Shown: piece after piece, positions 38,201 through 50,830 of the stretch
How the letters are laid out: the number at the start of each line of letters is the position of its first letter
Numbering within the stretch: position 1 is the first letter of the stretch
Assembly: GCF_006345805.1 (NCBI RefSeq)
Contig: NC_043015.1
Coordinates: 33,852,001 to 33,916,000, forward strand
Direction of reading: 5' to 3'
DNA length: 64,000 nucleotides
Origin: Octopus sinensis
Lineage: Eukaryota
Translations under genes and position numbers: made by a program
The notes under the pieces: model-generated
Seen by the model: the letters and a program-made list of their open reading frames with translations, nothing else
What the model was told of the DNA's origin: nothing
Database searches by the model: none

Positions 38201-39176
38201 GTGCAGAGAAAAGAAAAGTCTGGATTTGAACTCAGAATGTAAATGAACCTGACTACATGCAACAAGGCAATTGTCCTGCAGTCTACTGATTCTGCCATGC
38301 ACCATTTTTAGCAACACCATCGGCAACAGCAATAATGGTAATAATGTTAATAATAACAATAACAACAACAACAGCAGGACCAGCAACTTCAAAAGTTGTT
38401 TAGAATTATATGATGCTATGTATTGGGCTGCTTCAGTGTGGTAGGGTGTGTTTTGAGGATCATTTTTCTGTTATTTCTAGTATATTAATCGATCTATTTA
38501 AGGTTCCTGCCACATCAATGGCTTTTAAGTGACTTGAGTCAAAGAGAGCCGACAACCATTTGTTAAACTATGCAGTCAAAATATTTTAACTGAAAATAGA
38601 AATAAAAAATCACATTTTTTTCTCATTATAGCAGAAAACAAAAAATCTGATGAAAAACAAATAAGTTATTATTATTATTATTATGGTTGTTGTTGTTGTT
38701 GTTGTTGTTAATGGTGGTGTTGTTATTGCTGTCATTGTCGTCATCACCATCATAATTTTTTCAATAACATTTAGAGAGAGAATCAGTTTTTGAAAATTTG
38801 TAACTTAGTCTCAGGATGAGGCAGGTAAGAAAATCAGGAAAGAGAATTAAAAAATTATGGCAAATTCTTTATTGAATAAAATTTCTTATTTCTTTTCAGA
38901 ATTCTGTTAGGGTAAATAAGCAAAAAACGAAAAAAAAATAAAGATAAATAAATAAGTCTTCAGATGATAAATTCTAGCAAATTTAAAATGTCTAACTTGG
39001 TTTTGTTAAAATTTATTGATTTTAAATTCTATGGTAAGATCTGCACTTCGTATTTTCTACTATAATGCATGTATACACATACACACACATATTCATACAT
39101 ATATGCACACTCATATATATACCTTATATATGTATGTGCATATATATGTGTGTGTATTTATATACACATACACACA

Positions 39177-39208
<32 letters not shown>

Positions 39209-39781
39209 ATATATATATATATATATATATAGATAGATAGATAGATAGATAGATAGATTGATAAATTGATAGATATCAATTACAGATGGAAGACACCTAT
39301 AAACATTCAAAATTCTACAAAATCTTCACTTAATTATTTATCTGATATCAAAATTTTTGTCGCAGTAAATATCGATATGAGGGCTTTATATATTAAATTT
39401 TTTCTCATCTATGTAGGTTAGTCATTCCAGCTGTCATCGCTTGGTGTTCACAGTAAGTTAATTTGGCCTTTGGTTCAAATTCACGTCCCCTCCCTCCTTT
39501 CCTTGTCATAGTGGAATTTTTAGCGTTTTACATAACAGCAAAAATCAGAAATTAACAACATCAAAGAGGAGAATCTCTCAGTCCATCATCACAGAAGAGA
39601 GAAAACAAGGAGAAGTGTTGACACAAATGGCATTTATTTTCCATTAAAATTTATGATATTGTTGTGTTTTGCTTAAATGCTTTCATTTGTGGTGTTTTGT
39701 GGAGGGGAAGTCCCTTTAAGACATCAGCTGTTAAAAAAAACACTGTATACCTCAAAACAGTGACATTTAGCAGTTCTCTTT

Positions 39782-40189
39782 TACTCTCTTTTACTTGTTT
39801 CAGTCATCTGACTGTGGCCATGCTGGAGCACCGCCTTTAGTCGAGCAAATCAACCCCAGGACTTATTCTTTGGAAGCCTAGTACTTATTCTATCGGTCTC
39901 CTTTGCAGAACCGCTAAGTTACGGGGATGTAAACACACCAGCATCGGTTGTCAAGCTATATTGGGGGGACAAATACAGACACACAAGCATATACATACAC
40001 ATGCATATATATATTTATATACATATATACGATGCTTCTTTCAGTTTCCGTCCACCAAATCCACTCACAAGGCTTTGGTCCGCTGAGGCTACAATGGAAG
40101 ACACTTGCCCAAGGTGCCACGAAGTGAGAATGAACCCGGAACCATGGGGTTGGTAAGCAAGCTACTTACCACACAGCCACTCTTGCGCC
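39782..40189 (-). mobile_element. SINE family A, well-preserved, reverse orientation
   Basis: Reverse complement of the 8021 copy over its whole length. Confidence 0.9.
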
Positions 40190-40433
40190 TAAACAAAATT
40201 AAAATTTCTTCCATTGAAATTTTTAATAAATTGTAAAACCCTCACACACACTTCATTGCTTTTGAGGAGGTTTCACTCCATTTATGAAAACAGGAATAAG
40301 TACTGATTCTTTTACTGACTGAAAAATCCACAAATTGAAAACTGAAGTCCAAGTCAACTTGAGCTTTACAATGAAATTTCCAATATAGAGTCACACTCTC
40401 ACAAATACTCAGTTATTTTTAAAAGTACTTTAA

Positions 40434-40464
<31 letters not shown>

Positions 40465-41920
40465 TACTCAGTTTAGTAGAGAAAGAGTGAAAGAAACTGA
40501 TGAGGATTCTCCTAATTCAATCTGTTAATGGCACAGTGAAGATCTGTCAGATATTCCAAAATTTCTGCATCTGAGATTCTTTAGATGAAGAGATACAGAC
40601 ACTAGGGTGTATACATTGACACTTCAACCAACTCAAACACATATTTATAAACACCGGGAACTTTCTTAACACAAAAATCCTTGTTGCTTTGTTAGCAATC
40701 AGCTAGAACTTGAAGAAAAATTATACATACATACATGCTTACCTACACACAAATATACATGCATACACACTCACACATATACATGCATACACACTCACAC
40801 ATATACATAAGCAGCTACACTGAAGAGTCATTTTAGCAATTTCAGAATACAGAGAAATGTTATATAGGTTTTAAAATCTATTTCTTAGCAGTGCATTCAA
40901 TTGTAAAGTGTGAAAATATTTTGACACACTGCAGTGACCCAGTCATTGAAATAATTCCACTGTCTCTGTTGACAATCAGTTACTGGTGAGTTTCTGTAAG
41001 CTGGAGGTTCTTTCCTTTCTGTTGTCTTCATTTGTTTTCTCATCTTTGTTCTTATTTTAAACTCCAGTCAACATTAAATATGTCAGTTTTAATGTATATT
41101 CTTTTTAAGCTTTGCTTATTTTTATTTTATTTCCGTGTTGAACTTTAGATCTGTGGGTCTCCCGTTTTGTCACTATTTGAACTTTTGACAAATGAGCGTT
41201 TAGTCACTTTCAGTTCTCTGCTTCACCCCCACCCCCCTCTCTCTCCCTCCATGTGTATCATATATATATATATATATCATATTTATGTATATGTCCATAT
41301 TTATTTAGTTATTCAATTCATGATTATTTTTCTTGCTTTTTTCTTTTATATAAATACCAATTATTAATAGCATTTTTCCTTTCCTCGTTTTAAACATTTA
41401 GAAACACTGTTTGCTGTGTGTATATATATATATAAGCTGTCTCAAAATATGTTTAAAATATCTGCTTATTGTATAAATCTACCAAGATGAGATTCTTGCT
41501 GATCGTACATACATATATATACATGTACATACGTCCATACACATTCACGCATGCACACGCACACACACAGACGCAAACATATGTACTCACACATATGCAT
41601 GTTTATATGTTTGCTTGTGTCCATATGCATGTGAGTATAAATATTTATATGTTCACATTTATTTTATATTGCTTCTATTTTTGGTGAAATCATTAATTTT
41701 ATATTTTTATTATTTTTGTAATGTAACAGTTTTAAATACATCTACTTAATAAGAATCTAATTTTAACAGCGTTGTACTATAAGCAGATACTTTAGCAGTT
41801 TGTGCATACCTGATAAATAATGTCTCCAAACATTTAAAACCAGGAGGGAAAAAATGCTATTAATATTTACTACTTATTAGAAAAAGCAAGGAATATTGAA
41901 ATAAATTGAATAAGTAAATA

Positions 41921-42262
41921 TAGCTGTGTGGTAAGAAGCTTACTGCCTAACCACATGGTTCAGGGTTCAGTCCCACTGTATGGCACCTTGAGTAAGTATC
42001 TTCGACCTAGGTTGACCAAGCCTTGAATGCATATATGTAAGCATGCATATGTGTATGTGTTTCTTTGTTTGTCCACCATCGTCACTTGGCATCCAGTTTA
42101 CATTACCATAACTTTGTGGTTCAGCAAAAGAGATTGTTAAAATAAGTGCCAGGCTTAAAACAAGTATTGGTGTTGACTTGTTTGCCTAAACTCTTCAAAG
42201 TTGTGTCCCTGCATGGCCATAGTCCAATGACTGAAATAAAACAAGTAAAAAGGAAAGATAAA
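41921..42262 (+). mobile_element. SINE family A
   Basis: agctgtgtggtaagaagct...ggttcagtcccactg...gcatggccatagtccaatgactgaaa. Confidence 0.8.
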
Positions 42263-42269
42263 AATACGT

Positions 42270-42480
42270 GTCACCTGCACACTGGCACAGGTGCCAGTAA
42301 GGCGACGCTGGTAACGATCACGCCAGAATAGTGCCCTTTTACATTCCACTGGCACGAACGCCAGTTAGCCGCTCTGGCAACGATCATGCTCGGATGGTGC
42401 TCCCAGCGCTCCACTAGCACGGATGCCAGTCATCGAATTTGATTTCAATTTCCATTACCTCAACAAGTCTTCGCAAGCAT
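42270..42480 (-). mobile_element. RTE 3' UTR internal fragment
   Basis: Matches 9360-9490, and the reverse complement of 61605-61830 (gatgccagtcatcgaatttgatt, cactggcacaggtgccagtaaggcgacgctggtaacgatcac). Confidence 0.8.
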
Positions 42481-42650
42481 GTGCCTTTGTGTGTGTGATT
42501 TAAATTCTGTGTCGGAAACATTTCTAATAAGAAATTATTTACATGTGTATCTAACATGTGAAACTCTGTAATTCCTATTAGCATATGAAACATATGTAAT
42601 GGTGAATATATAATACCAATAAATTTCCCAAATTCCTGTTTTATTATACA

Positions 42651-42755
42651 ACTACCCGTATCGCCCGGCGTTGTTCGGGTTTGTTTCGACCCTTTAGAAT
42701 TGGAATTTTTGAAAAGTAAAAATTTTGCATTATGTAGCTTGTTATTCTCTTTAAG
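42651..42755 (+). mobile_element. Helitron-like non-autonomous element 5' end
   Basis: acta..cgtatcgcccggcgttgttcggg: an ACTA start plus a short GC hairpin, as in Lep1-type Helitron 5' ends. CpG-rich, so probably young. Confidence 0.55.
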
Positions 42756-43170
42756 TTTCATGTGTTGGAGATGAATTCTAGGTAAGTTTTAATAACATGG
42801 CTCATTCCCAAGCAATTTTCGGGCTCTGAGCACAAACACAGACACATACCCTTAATTACTTTATCTACCAAAGTACTGTCAATTCGGATAGCAGGTATCA
42901 CCAAGCTTTTGGCAAAATTTGATACAGATTCTCTGCTCAACTTTCTCTGTCATGATCAAAGTGATGATCACACGCTACACACCTTCCTCCCAAGCATTGC
43001 TGTAAACAGCAGAGCTCGAATGTTAAAACTTAGTGTGCATGCACAGCAGAGTTCAAGGTCAATCTGTGCCATGTGGATTCACTCTGCATACTTTAGCTTC
43101 GTTACTATGGCAACAGACCAGATACTTATTGTTCAGACCATGTATATATATATATATATTATATATATAT

Positions 43171-43203
<33 letters not shown>

Positions 43204-44634
43204 TATTGTGTCTGGGGAGACTCATTCACTTTTAGTGCCTTATTAATTTAACACTCACCGGTCTGATTTCCACTCATTTACTTATTTATTTTTACTCAAA
43301 GTTTTGTTGCATCTCGCAACCAGTTCAACAGTCAGTGACTCTGTCCATTATCGGAACTGCGTTCTTGTGTGTTTGTGTGAGGGTGTTTGTACACACAGTT
43401 CAGCTGGTTTAATCTTACAACAATTCAGCTGTTTACAACAAGAGACTAAGTATAGGACTGTCCCTTTTTTTCTGTCAAAAGGGTATTTTAACCAAAGCAT
43501 ACTGAGATCTATTTTTACACACACACACACACACACACACGCATGCATGTGTGCACATATATCTTGCTATTTGCGTATCATGCATTGTTTACTTTCTACC
43601 TCGCAAGCATCCTAAATCATAGACTGACCTCTTAGAAATTCATACTTAATCCTCTAATACACAATGTTTGTACATGAAATATTTTTAATTCCAAACCATT
43701 TCAACTTGGTTTTGGTTTGTGCTTGATTTAAATAGTGACTGATTTTCATAAGAAGAAGAGGATGAGTATTTATCCTCCGAAAAATGATCTAGGATAACAT
43801 CCTTATTTTTGTGTGTGCAAAGAGAATAACAAGGTATACACTTTTACTTGTTTCAGTCATTTGACTGTGGCCATGCTGGAGCACTGCCTTTATATTTATA
43901 TTTGTTTACATTTTAGAGAATTGATGTTATAAACTGTAAGCTAACCACATCAAATATATTTTCTCTTCTGGTACAGGCTGTTTGGACCAAAATGTTTAAG
44001 TAATTATAAAATAATAATAAAAATTCAATGAAATAGACAAATAATTCTTTGAAATTTTTTTATCAAAACAATTCTTTGAAAATTCTGTATCAGAAGAGCA
44101 TCTCAGTAGTAGCAACACCACCACCATCAATGACAACAACAACAAAAAACAACAGCAGCAGCAACAACAACAACAGCAATGAGTGAAAAAACAAAAACAA
44201 TGACACAGTCAATGTAAATATAAAGAAGTGGTATTTGAGCAGTGAAGTTTGTAAATTAATTAGAGATAAACCTATGGTAGAGTTAATCTACTTATTCCTT
44301 AATTAGGAATCACTTAAAATATAATGTTAGGTTAGCAAAATTAATAAGATTCTTCAATGAAGCATTGTAAGTTATGAATTAATGGTCATTTAGACAATAC
44401 TGCAGGAAAAATCTATTGAAGACATTCTATGATATGCGTGCATAAGTGTAAAAGTGCATTAATGCTTCCATGCTGCAGTCTATGTATGCACTGTTTACAT
44501 CTGTATATGCATATAAGAGTGACAATATATACTTATGTGTGTAAAGGTTTGCACACACACACACAATATATTTCATGTTATATCATGCCTGATAAATATT
44601 ATTAAAAAAATGTGCATGCATATATGTGTGTGTA

Positions 44635-44668
<34 letters not shown>

Positions 44669-44989
44669 CACACACACAAAGATATATACATACATAGATA
44701 CACACACATATGTATAGAAGTGTGAAGTAATTCTACAAAGAAAGCAATATTAGTGAATATAATCATGATGCTCATTCACATTGCTTTAAGTATACCACAA
44801 ATATACATCAATATAAATATACATACACATATACACATATATATGCAATATTCTATATGAATATAATTAACATTGTATGAATGCTTGCATGTGTGTTTAG
44901 GTGTGTGTATATATATACATATATACATACATATATATATATATATATATCTAAACACACATATATAAATTACCTTGATCATCTTGACC

Positions 44990-45400
44990 GACCAGACTGT
45001 TGGGCATTGTTTTGACACCGCTGGTTCCAGCATGCCATCCATTCCTCTCCGGATCATTCCTTCCTCATCCATGTAGCTCCAAACACTTGTCATATTTCAT
45101 CAACCCTCCATTTTGGAGGCCTTCTGAATGGCCTCTTCCACTCATGCAGATACCACTCGACAACTGCACAAATCCACCAGTTGTTGGTGAATTGAGCATT
45201 GAGTGCAGCCCATCTGAACTTCTACCTTCTGTATTTGGTGATGATGTCTCTCACGCCAGATTTCTTTTTCAGTGACACTCTCAGCATCAATCTTTCAATC
45301 GCACTTTGAGCATTTACCAGCCTCTGCCCCTCTGTCTTCGTTGTGACTCAGGTTTCACTTTTGTACAAAATTGCAAGTGAAACTGAGCCACTGAAGGGGT
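44990..45400 (-). mobile_element. RTE LINE C-terminal relic (second subfamily)
   Basis: ILYKSET*VTTKTEGQRLVNAQSAIERLMLRVSL...SGVRDII...KFRWAA...EWY..KRPFRRPPKWRVDEI. Confidence 0.75.
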
Positions 45401-45444
45401 AGGTGCAAGTGGTCCTATCCAATTTTCCTTTGAGGACGTCTTTG

Positions 45445-45634
45445 TTGGATTATTTACATTATTTACATTTGACGGATATTTGTCCTAATGTTTCGGCTGC
45501 ATATACCCTTGGGGAAATTTTGAATCGGCATATTTTTCAATATTGTTGTTGTAGTTGCTCAGGTAACTGCTTGGAATTGAACTCGGAATCTTGGGGTTAG
45601 TAGCCCGCGCTCTTAACCACTACACCGTATGCCC
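45445..45634 (-). mobile_element. tRNA-headed SINE family D
   Basis: Reverse complement: gggcatacggtgtagtggttaagagcgcgggctactaaccccaagattccgagttcaattcc (A and B boxes), then a tail gccgaaac...aatgtaaataatgtaaataat shared with 14852-14953. Confidence 0.75.
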
Positions 45635-45915
45635 ATGGGCATTGATGGAGTTGAATGCTTTCCATCCAGTCCTTATCCTCCATGAGACCCCCTTCTGTGT
45701 GTGTGTGTGTGTGTGCATGTATGTATGTATATATATATATGTGTGCATGTGTATATATATGTGTGTGTGTGTATGTGTATATATATATATATATATGCAT
45801 ATATATATATGCACACATATATATATATACACATATATATATATGCATATGCATATATATATACACATATATATATGCATATATATACACACTCACACAC
45901 ATATATATATATATG

Positions 45916-45974
<59 letters not shown>

Positions 45975-46898
45975 ATACATACTTATTTATGTCTATATTC
46001 TAAAGTGCCTGTAACATGCTGCATAAAAGAAAAACCTCACTCAAGCTCTCACACAGTCACACACATGAACACATATACCTCTGCATATATTGGCATACAC
46101 ACACCTAAATGCATGTCAGAAATCAAACACGGAAACATTATTTGTTACCGTATTTCCATTGGTAGGAAATAATAACTATAACAACAACAGCAACAAAAAC
46201 AATAACAGTAAGAGTAAGAGCAACAAAAAAAGCAACAATAAAAATAAAACAATGAAAGAACACAGCAAAAACAGACAGAGAGAGTTAAGAAAGAAAATGT
46301 TTTTATAAAACTCTCCAAAACCTTATGATACACTCTTCAGGATAGAGAGGTAAAAATAACAACAAAATAATGTTAATAAAATCTCTGTTTAAAACACAAA
46401 CATCTCCAAAGCAACAACCATCCATGAAGCTGTGTGTGTTTCGGATGTGATAGCATGATGGTTTCACTGAAGTCTATAACAGCACCGTTTCTTGAGAACA
46501 TTTGGAATCTGATAGAATTTCTTTATTGATTTTTTTAGGCAGCTGTAGAAAATGATACTGTTCAATAGAGATGTCTTTCAATAAATGTAGCAGAGTATGG
46601 TAGATGTTTGCACCAATTTAGTAAATCTTGTTGTTTCTTATTACCACGTATTTTAACTATCATTGAGTCATTTTACTAATCTGTTGTTGTCTTTGACTGA
46701 TCAGGAATATTGTTTGTGTGTGACTGTACGTGTGAGACTCTGTGTATGTGTGTGAGTGCATGTGTCTCAGTGAGAGCTTGTGTAGAATTGTGTCTTGATA
46801 TGTTTACCGTTTATTGTGTGTGTAAACTTATGTTGTATGTGTGTGTGTATGTGTTTGTGCATGCATGTGTGCATACTTGTGTTCTGTGTATGTGTATA

Positions 46899-47720
46899 GG
46901 TGCAGGCAAAGCTGTGTAGAAGAAGCTTGTTTCCTAACCATGGGGTTGAGTCCCACTGCATGGCCCTTGGGTAAGTATGTTCTACAATGGCCTTTGATCA
47001 ACCAAAGCCTTTTTAGTGAATTTGGTTGATGGAAACTGAAAGAAGCCCATCACATACATAAGTGCAGGTGTGGCTGTGTGGTAAGAAGCTTGTTTCCCAG
47101 CTCCATGGTTCCAGGTTCAGTAACATTGCATGACACCTTGAGCAAGTGTATTCTACTGTAGCCTCGGGTCAACCAAAGTCTTGTGAGTGGATTTGGTAGA
47201 CAGAAACTGTAAGAAGCCAATTGTATGTATTTATGTATGTGTGTTTGTGTTTATCTTCCTGCCATTGCTTGGCAATCGATGCTGATGTGCTTATGGTCCC
47301 TGTAACTTAGTGGTTCAGCCAAAGATACCGATAGAATAAGTACTAAGCTTAAAAGGAAAAATTACTGGGGTCAATTTGACTAAAAACTCTTCAAGGTGGT
47401 GTTTCTTCATGGTTGCAGTCTAATGACTGAAACAAGTAAAACATAAAAGATATATATATATACATAAATACACACACACATACATATATATATATATAAT
47501 GTGTTTTGTGTTTGTATTTGTTGCTCGCATGACCACTTGACAACTGGTGTTAGTTTCATTACTTCCCTGTAACTTAGCAGTTTAGCAAAAGAGACCGATA
47601 GACTAAGTACCAGGCTGAAGAATAAGTACTGGTATCAATTCTTTTGCTAACAACTTCAAGGCAGTGCCCCAGCATGGCCATCATCCCATGACTGAAGCAA
47701 TTAAAGGATGAAAGATATAA
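46899..47720 (+). mobile_element. Stacked SINE family A pieces (head 46899-47050, full copy 47061-47450, 3' half 47500-47720)
   Basis: Two heads followed by two 3' halves, consistent with one copy nested in the central microsatellite of another. Confidence 0.82.
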
Positions 47721-48467
47721 GGTATGTGTGTATGAGTGTGCATACTTATATGTTGTATGTGTGTCAGTGCTTATGCTGTACATGAGTGTGTTTGTGTTTG
47801 TGTATGTATGTGTATATATGTGCGTATACTAATGTTGCATGTGTGAGTGTGTGTGTGTGTATAAGGGTATGTATCCTTACATTGCATATGTATTTGCATG
47901 TATGTGTGTGTTTATCCAAGTTTCATTTTCTGTGCCTTACCATGATTGCTAGTTTATTTCTGTGTATTTCAAGTGAATGTGATTTGATGAACAACTTTTC
48001 TATTTCAAAGGGTCAGCCATACCACATCAATTTCTGCCGGAGGATTTATGTCAAGGGTCTGTGGAATACTCATCCACTTTTGTAAATTGTATGTAATTCA
48101 GTTTGACCTATTATGAGTTTCATCATCAGACCCTATGATGAATTAATTTCCTGTACAAACCAAGAGTGAAATAAAAACGTATGAATGTGATGTGGTCTGC
48201 CAAAATGTCTGGGAGTGCCATAACTTTGGATGAGAACTAATTTAGTTGGTGGCGACCTGTCCAACCCATGACAGAAGAGAAAGCAGTCATAAATTGATGA
48301 TCATACGCACACATATATGTATATATGTATATACATATGTATATATATCTATACATGTATATGCGTATATGTATATATATGCATATATGTATATATATCT
48401 ATATGCATATATGTATATATATGCATATATGTATATATATCTATATGCGTATATGTATATATATGCA

Positions 48468-48546
<79 letters not shown>

Positions 48547-48599
48547 TATGTATGTATATATATTATATATATATATATGTATATATGCAATATATGTAT

Positions 48600-48977
48600 T
48601 CTTTTATTCTTTTACTTGTTTCAGATTGTGGCCATGCAGGAGCACTGCCTTTAGTCAAACTAATCTATCCCAGGACTTATTCTTTGTAAGCCTAGTACTT
48701 ATTCTATCGGTCTCTTTAGCCAAACTGCTAAGTTACGAGGACATAAACACACCATGATCGGTTGTCAAGCGATGGGGGGGGGCAAACACAGACACACAAG
48801 CATAAAATATATGCAACGGGCTTCTCTCAGTCTCTGTCTACCAAATCCACTCACAAGGCTTTGGTCAGCTCAAGGCTATAGTAGAAGACACTCGCCCAAG
48901 GTGCCACTCAGTGGGACTGAACCCAGAACCATGTGGTTGGTAAGCAAGCTACATACCACACAGCTACTCCTGTGCCT
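48600..48977 (-). mobile_element. SINE family A, reverse orientation
   Basis: ttttacttgtttcag..tgtggccatgc...ccaaatccactcacaaggctttgg...ccacacagctactcctgtgcc. Confidence 0.88.
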
Positions 48978-49004
48978 GTATATGTATATATGTAAATATT
49001 ATAT

Positions 49005-49350
49005 ATCATCACGATCATTATCATTTAACGTCTGTTGTCCATGCTGGCATGGGTTGGATGGTTTGACCAGGGATGGAAAGCTGGAAGGCTACATCAGACT
49101 CCAGTTTGTTTTGGCATGGTTTCTATGGTGCTAGGCAAAGTTCTGAAAGCTCCTAGCTCTGCTAGGTAACAAAGGGCCTCTCTCTCAGATTGAAAGGTAG
49201 ACTGTATGATGCATGTGTGCAAACAGCCATGCTACATGGCAGTGAAACATGGGCTGTGACTGCTGAGGACATGTGTAGGCTTGAAAGTAATGAAGCTAGT
49301 ATGCTCCACTGGATGTGTAATGCCAGTGTGCATTCACGACAGAGTGTAGC
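49005..49350. mobile_element. RTE minus-strand tail (49005-49128) joined to a plus-strand RT fragment (49131-49350)
   Basis: The plus part reads TKGLSLRLKGRLYDACVQTAMLHGSETWAVTAEDMCRLESNEASMLHWMCNASVHSRQSV. Confidence 0.85.
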
Positions 49351-49949
49351 TTCTTAACAGTTTAGCCATATTTGCATCTGTATGGAACAAACAACAACAT
49401 TCAAGTGAAATTCAGGCTGGCATCAAAACTCAACTTTCTCATCGGTTGATCCAAGTCACCTGTGATTTGTACCTAAATTAAGATGTAACTCAGCATAAAT
49501 TTGAAGATAAGAGTGAAAATTTGTGAATACAATTAAACTGTGTTGTAGAAGGAAAATAATTTTGGTTGAAAGGGGAGTAATTTGTGAATTCAATCGCACC
49601 ACTTTGATTAGCCCCTCTGTGATTTATTTTGATTGTCATCCAGGAATGTAATTACAAGAGCTGTCCCTATTTTAATTGCTCCTTTAATCCTCTTTAATTT
49701 CACCTATGACTATTTCACTTTGTAACAATAATTAATTTATCCCCCTTTAAATTATGGTAGCATTTAAGTAACTCTTTTTTAATCTCTTCCTCTTTAATAA
49801 ACTCAGTTTTAATTCAATTTCATTTATGACTATTTTATGAACTAATGCTCTTTTAAATAATGCCACTTCAAAAATTTCAATTTCCAACTTCAATACTTTT
49901 TGTTTTGTTTTGGTTTTCTGCATGTTAGTGTGTGAGAGTATGTGTACAG

Positions 49950-50272
49950 TGACGGTGCATGGCTCAGCTGTTAAGGCGTTTGGCTCACATTCGTCAGGTC
50001 ATGAGTTCAAAAGTGAGTAGCACACTGTGTCCTTGAGCAAGACACTTTATTTCACTTTGCTCCAGTCCACTCAGCTGACAAAAATAAGTAGTACCTGTAA
50101 TTTAATGGTCTGGCTTTGTCCCATTCTATGTCATGCTGAATTTCTCTAAGAACTACATTAAAGGTACATGTGTCTGTGGAGCGCTCAACCACATGCACAT
50201 TAATTTCACAAACAGGCTGTTCCATTGATCAGATCAACTGGAACCCTTGTTGTTATCAACAGATTGCCAGTT
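49950..50272 (+). mobile_element. SINE family C, full length
   Basis: gcatggctcagctgttaagg...atgagttcaa...tgtgtccttgagcaagacactttatttcac.ttgctccagtccactcagctg...gatcaactggaaccctt. Confidence 0.82.
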
Positions 50273-50454
50273 GCATGTGTGTGAGTGACAGGACGGTCTA
50301 TCCCTATATAGGCCATGGCTAGGTCGTTGCTATAAATAAATTATGATGAAAGGGGTTCCAAGATGATGCCTTGAGAGAAGCAGATTAGATGACATTTTTT
50401 ACCATTATATTCAATAAATTGATAATGATAAGTGAGGAAACTACTTTTGTATTA

Positions 50455-50830
50455 GTGCAGGCATGGCTGTGTGGTCAAGAAGCTTGCTTTGCAGTAATGT
50501 GATTTTGGGTTCAGTCCCACTGCATAGCACCTTGGAAAAATGTCTTCTACTATAGCTCCAGGCCAATCAATGCTTTGTGAGTGCATTTGGTAGGAGGGAA
50601 ACTGTATGGAAGCCACCATGTGTGTGTTTATGTTTGTTTCTCCATCCCTGCTTGATAACTGATGCTGGTTTGTTTACATCCTCAGAACCTTGTGGCTCAG
50701 CAAAAGAAACTGATAAAATAAGTACCAGACTTCAAAAGAAAAAAATGGACTGGGGTCAATTTTTCGACTTAAACCCTTCAAAGAAGTGCTACAGCATGGC
50801 CAATGAGTGAAACAAGTAAAAAGATGAAAG
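50455..50830 (+). mobile_element. SINE family A
   Basis: Head and tail motifs as in the other copies. Confidence 0.82.

Noticed and set aside
38900-38911. Other small AG...GT exon candidates (38900-38911, about 40936-40986, 12615-12667, 19531-19556)
   Set aside because: Splice signals are weaker or the peptides unrecognisable. They are at the level expected by chance in AT-rich DNA.
43200-43345. Possible Penelope terminal-repeat fragment with a gttgc/gcaac hairpin
   Set aside because: Core boxes are mutated (ctgttga, caaaa) and there is no second copy in the window to support it.
45565-45634. tRNA-Ser(ACT) gene on the minus strand
   Set aside because: No pairing acceptor stem or long variable arm, and it continues into a repeat tail. 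It is a SINE head.
45591-46014. Long overlapping ORFs rich in Y/I/C/V/H/T (also near 3.7, 19.8, 23.2, 48.3 and 63 kb)
   Set aside because: Translations of (TA)n, (TG)n and (TATG)n microsatellites, not genes.
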